Shown here: one piece after another, positions 61,845 to 64,000 of the stretch | Layout of the letters: each line of letters starts with the position of its first letter | How positions within the stretch are numbered: position 1 is the first letter of the stretch | DNA from: an uncultured Candidatus Melainabacteria bacterium | GTDB taxonomy: Bacteria > Cyanobacteriota > Vampirovibrionia > Gastranaerophilales > Gastranaerophilaceae | Length of the DNA: 64,000 bases | Direction of reading: 5' to 3' | NCBI GenBank assembly: GCA_934700335.1 | Contig: CAKUXM010000006.1 | Location: 24,165 to 88,164 of the forward strand | Notes under the pieces: model-generated | Databases searched by the model: none | What the model saw: only the letters and a program-made list of their open reading frames with translations | Told to the model about the DNA's origin: nothing | Made by a program: the position numbers and the translations under genes

Positions 61845-62012
61845 ATAAATTTCTCCTAATTTAATATATCTTTTTCTAAATTATATCAAAAAAATTTTTT
61901 AATTATTAATTTTTCATTAACTTTTTGAAAATTATTATAAACATGGAGTATAAATAAATAGTAAACTTGAATTATAATTAGTAGGTAAAATAGAAAGTAG
62001 GAGGATTAATAA

Positions 62013-62303
62013 ATGAAAATTAGACCTTTAGGCGACAAAATCGTAATTAAAGTTATTGAAGATACAGAACAAACAACAGGTGGAATTTTTATTCCAGATA
62101 GCGCAAAAGAAAAACCACAAAAAGGTGAAGTAATTGCAGTAGGCGAAGGTAAAACTTTAGACAGCGGAGAAAAAGAACCAATGGCTGTAAAAGTTGGCGA
62201 AACTGTATTATACGCAAAATACGCTGGTACAGACATCAAAGTTGACCACGAAATGTTGAAAATCTTATCAATTAAAGATGTACTTGGTGTAATTGAAGGT
62301 TAA
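62013..62303 (+). CDS. groES: co-chaperonin GroES
   Basis: MKIRPLGDKIVIKV...GGIFIPDSAKEKPQKGEVIAVG is typical GroES. AGGAGG SD. Upstream TTGAAA-18-TATAAA promoter. Confidence 0.97.
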   Translation: MKIRPLGDKIVIKVIEDTEQTTGGIFIPDSAKEKPQKGEVIAVGEGKTLDSGEKEPMAVKVGETVLYAKYAGTDIKVDHEMLKILSIKDVLGVIEG

Positions 62304-62363
62304 TTAAAGCCAAAGGCTTAGAACGAATTAAATTAAAATTAATATTAGTTAAGGAGAAAATAA

Positions 62364-64000
<1,637 letters not shown>

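Noticed and set aside
61861-62012. CIRCE (TTAGCACTC-N9-GAGTGCTAA) heat-shock operator upstream of groES.
   Set aside because: Not present. Only a sigma70-like TTGAAA-18-TATAAA promoter and the CATGGAGT 8-mer were found.

Overview
64-kb chromosomal segment of an AT-rich bacterium (by eye roughly two-thirds A+T) with anaerobe-type gene content. I count about 63 credible protein-coding genes. Most are core housekeeping: thrS, gltX, aspS, proS, accD-accA-prmA, prmC, ybaB-recR, recJ, mnmA, ftsE-ftsX, rpmI-rplT, nadD-yqeK, yqeG, pgi, class II fba, PPi-type phosphofructokinase, ugd, adenine deaminase, yebC, groES and a 3'-truncated groEL at the window edge. There is also an oxygen-defence set (short rubredoxin-like protein, desulfoferrodoxin, DUF1858-like protein) and an SPFH/NfeD pair. 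One clear RNA gene is present: a long-form SRP RNA on the minus strand at about 57050-57313. I see no rRNA, tRNA, CRISPR array, transposase, integrase or phage genes. Three things are not explained by ordinary annotation. (1) Two 200-230-bp intergenic cassettes (15.5-15.8 kb and 24.9-25.2 kb) each carry a strong Shine-Dalgarno plus a 26- or 35-codon hydrophobic ORF, a convergent promoter on the other strand and terminal inverted repeats, which is type I toxin-antitoxin-like architecture. (2) A promoter-like motif G(C/A)AAT-N20-TATATA-(A)TGTARG occurs ten times with exact spacing. It sits almost only in front of lineage-specific genes: the first of two tandem HNH-motif proteins, tandem signal-peptide-less 5'-nucleotidase-like proteins, two 70-aa paralogs, two 56-aa ORFs and a 449-aa protein. 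One copy precedes an ORF-less ~180-nt unit that ends in a strong terminator (candidate sRNA). (3) Several families of GC-richer nested palindromic repeats lie mostly in convergent intergenic regions and begin at or within about 13 nt of the stop codons of flanking genes. Taxonomic guess (inference only): a non-photosynthetic cyanobacteria-related (Melainabacteria-like) or other low-GC anaerobe.
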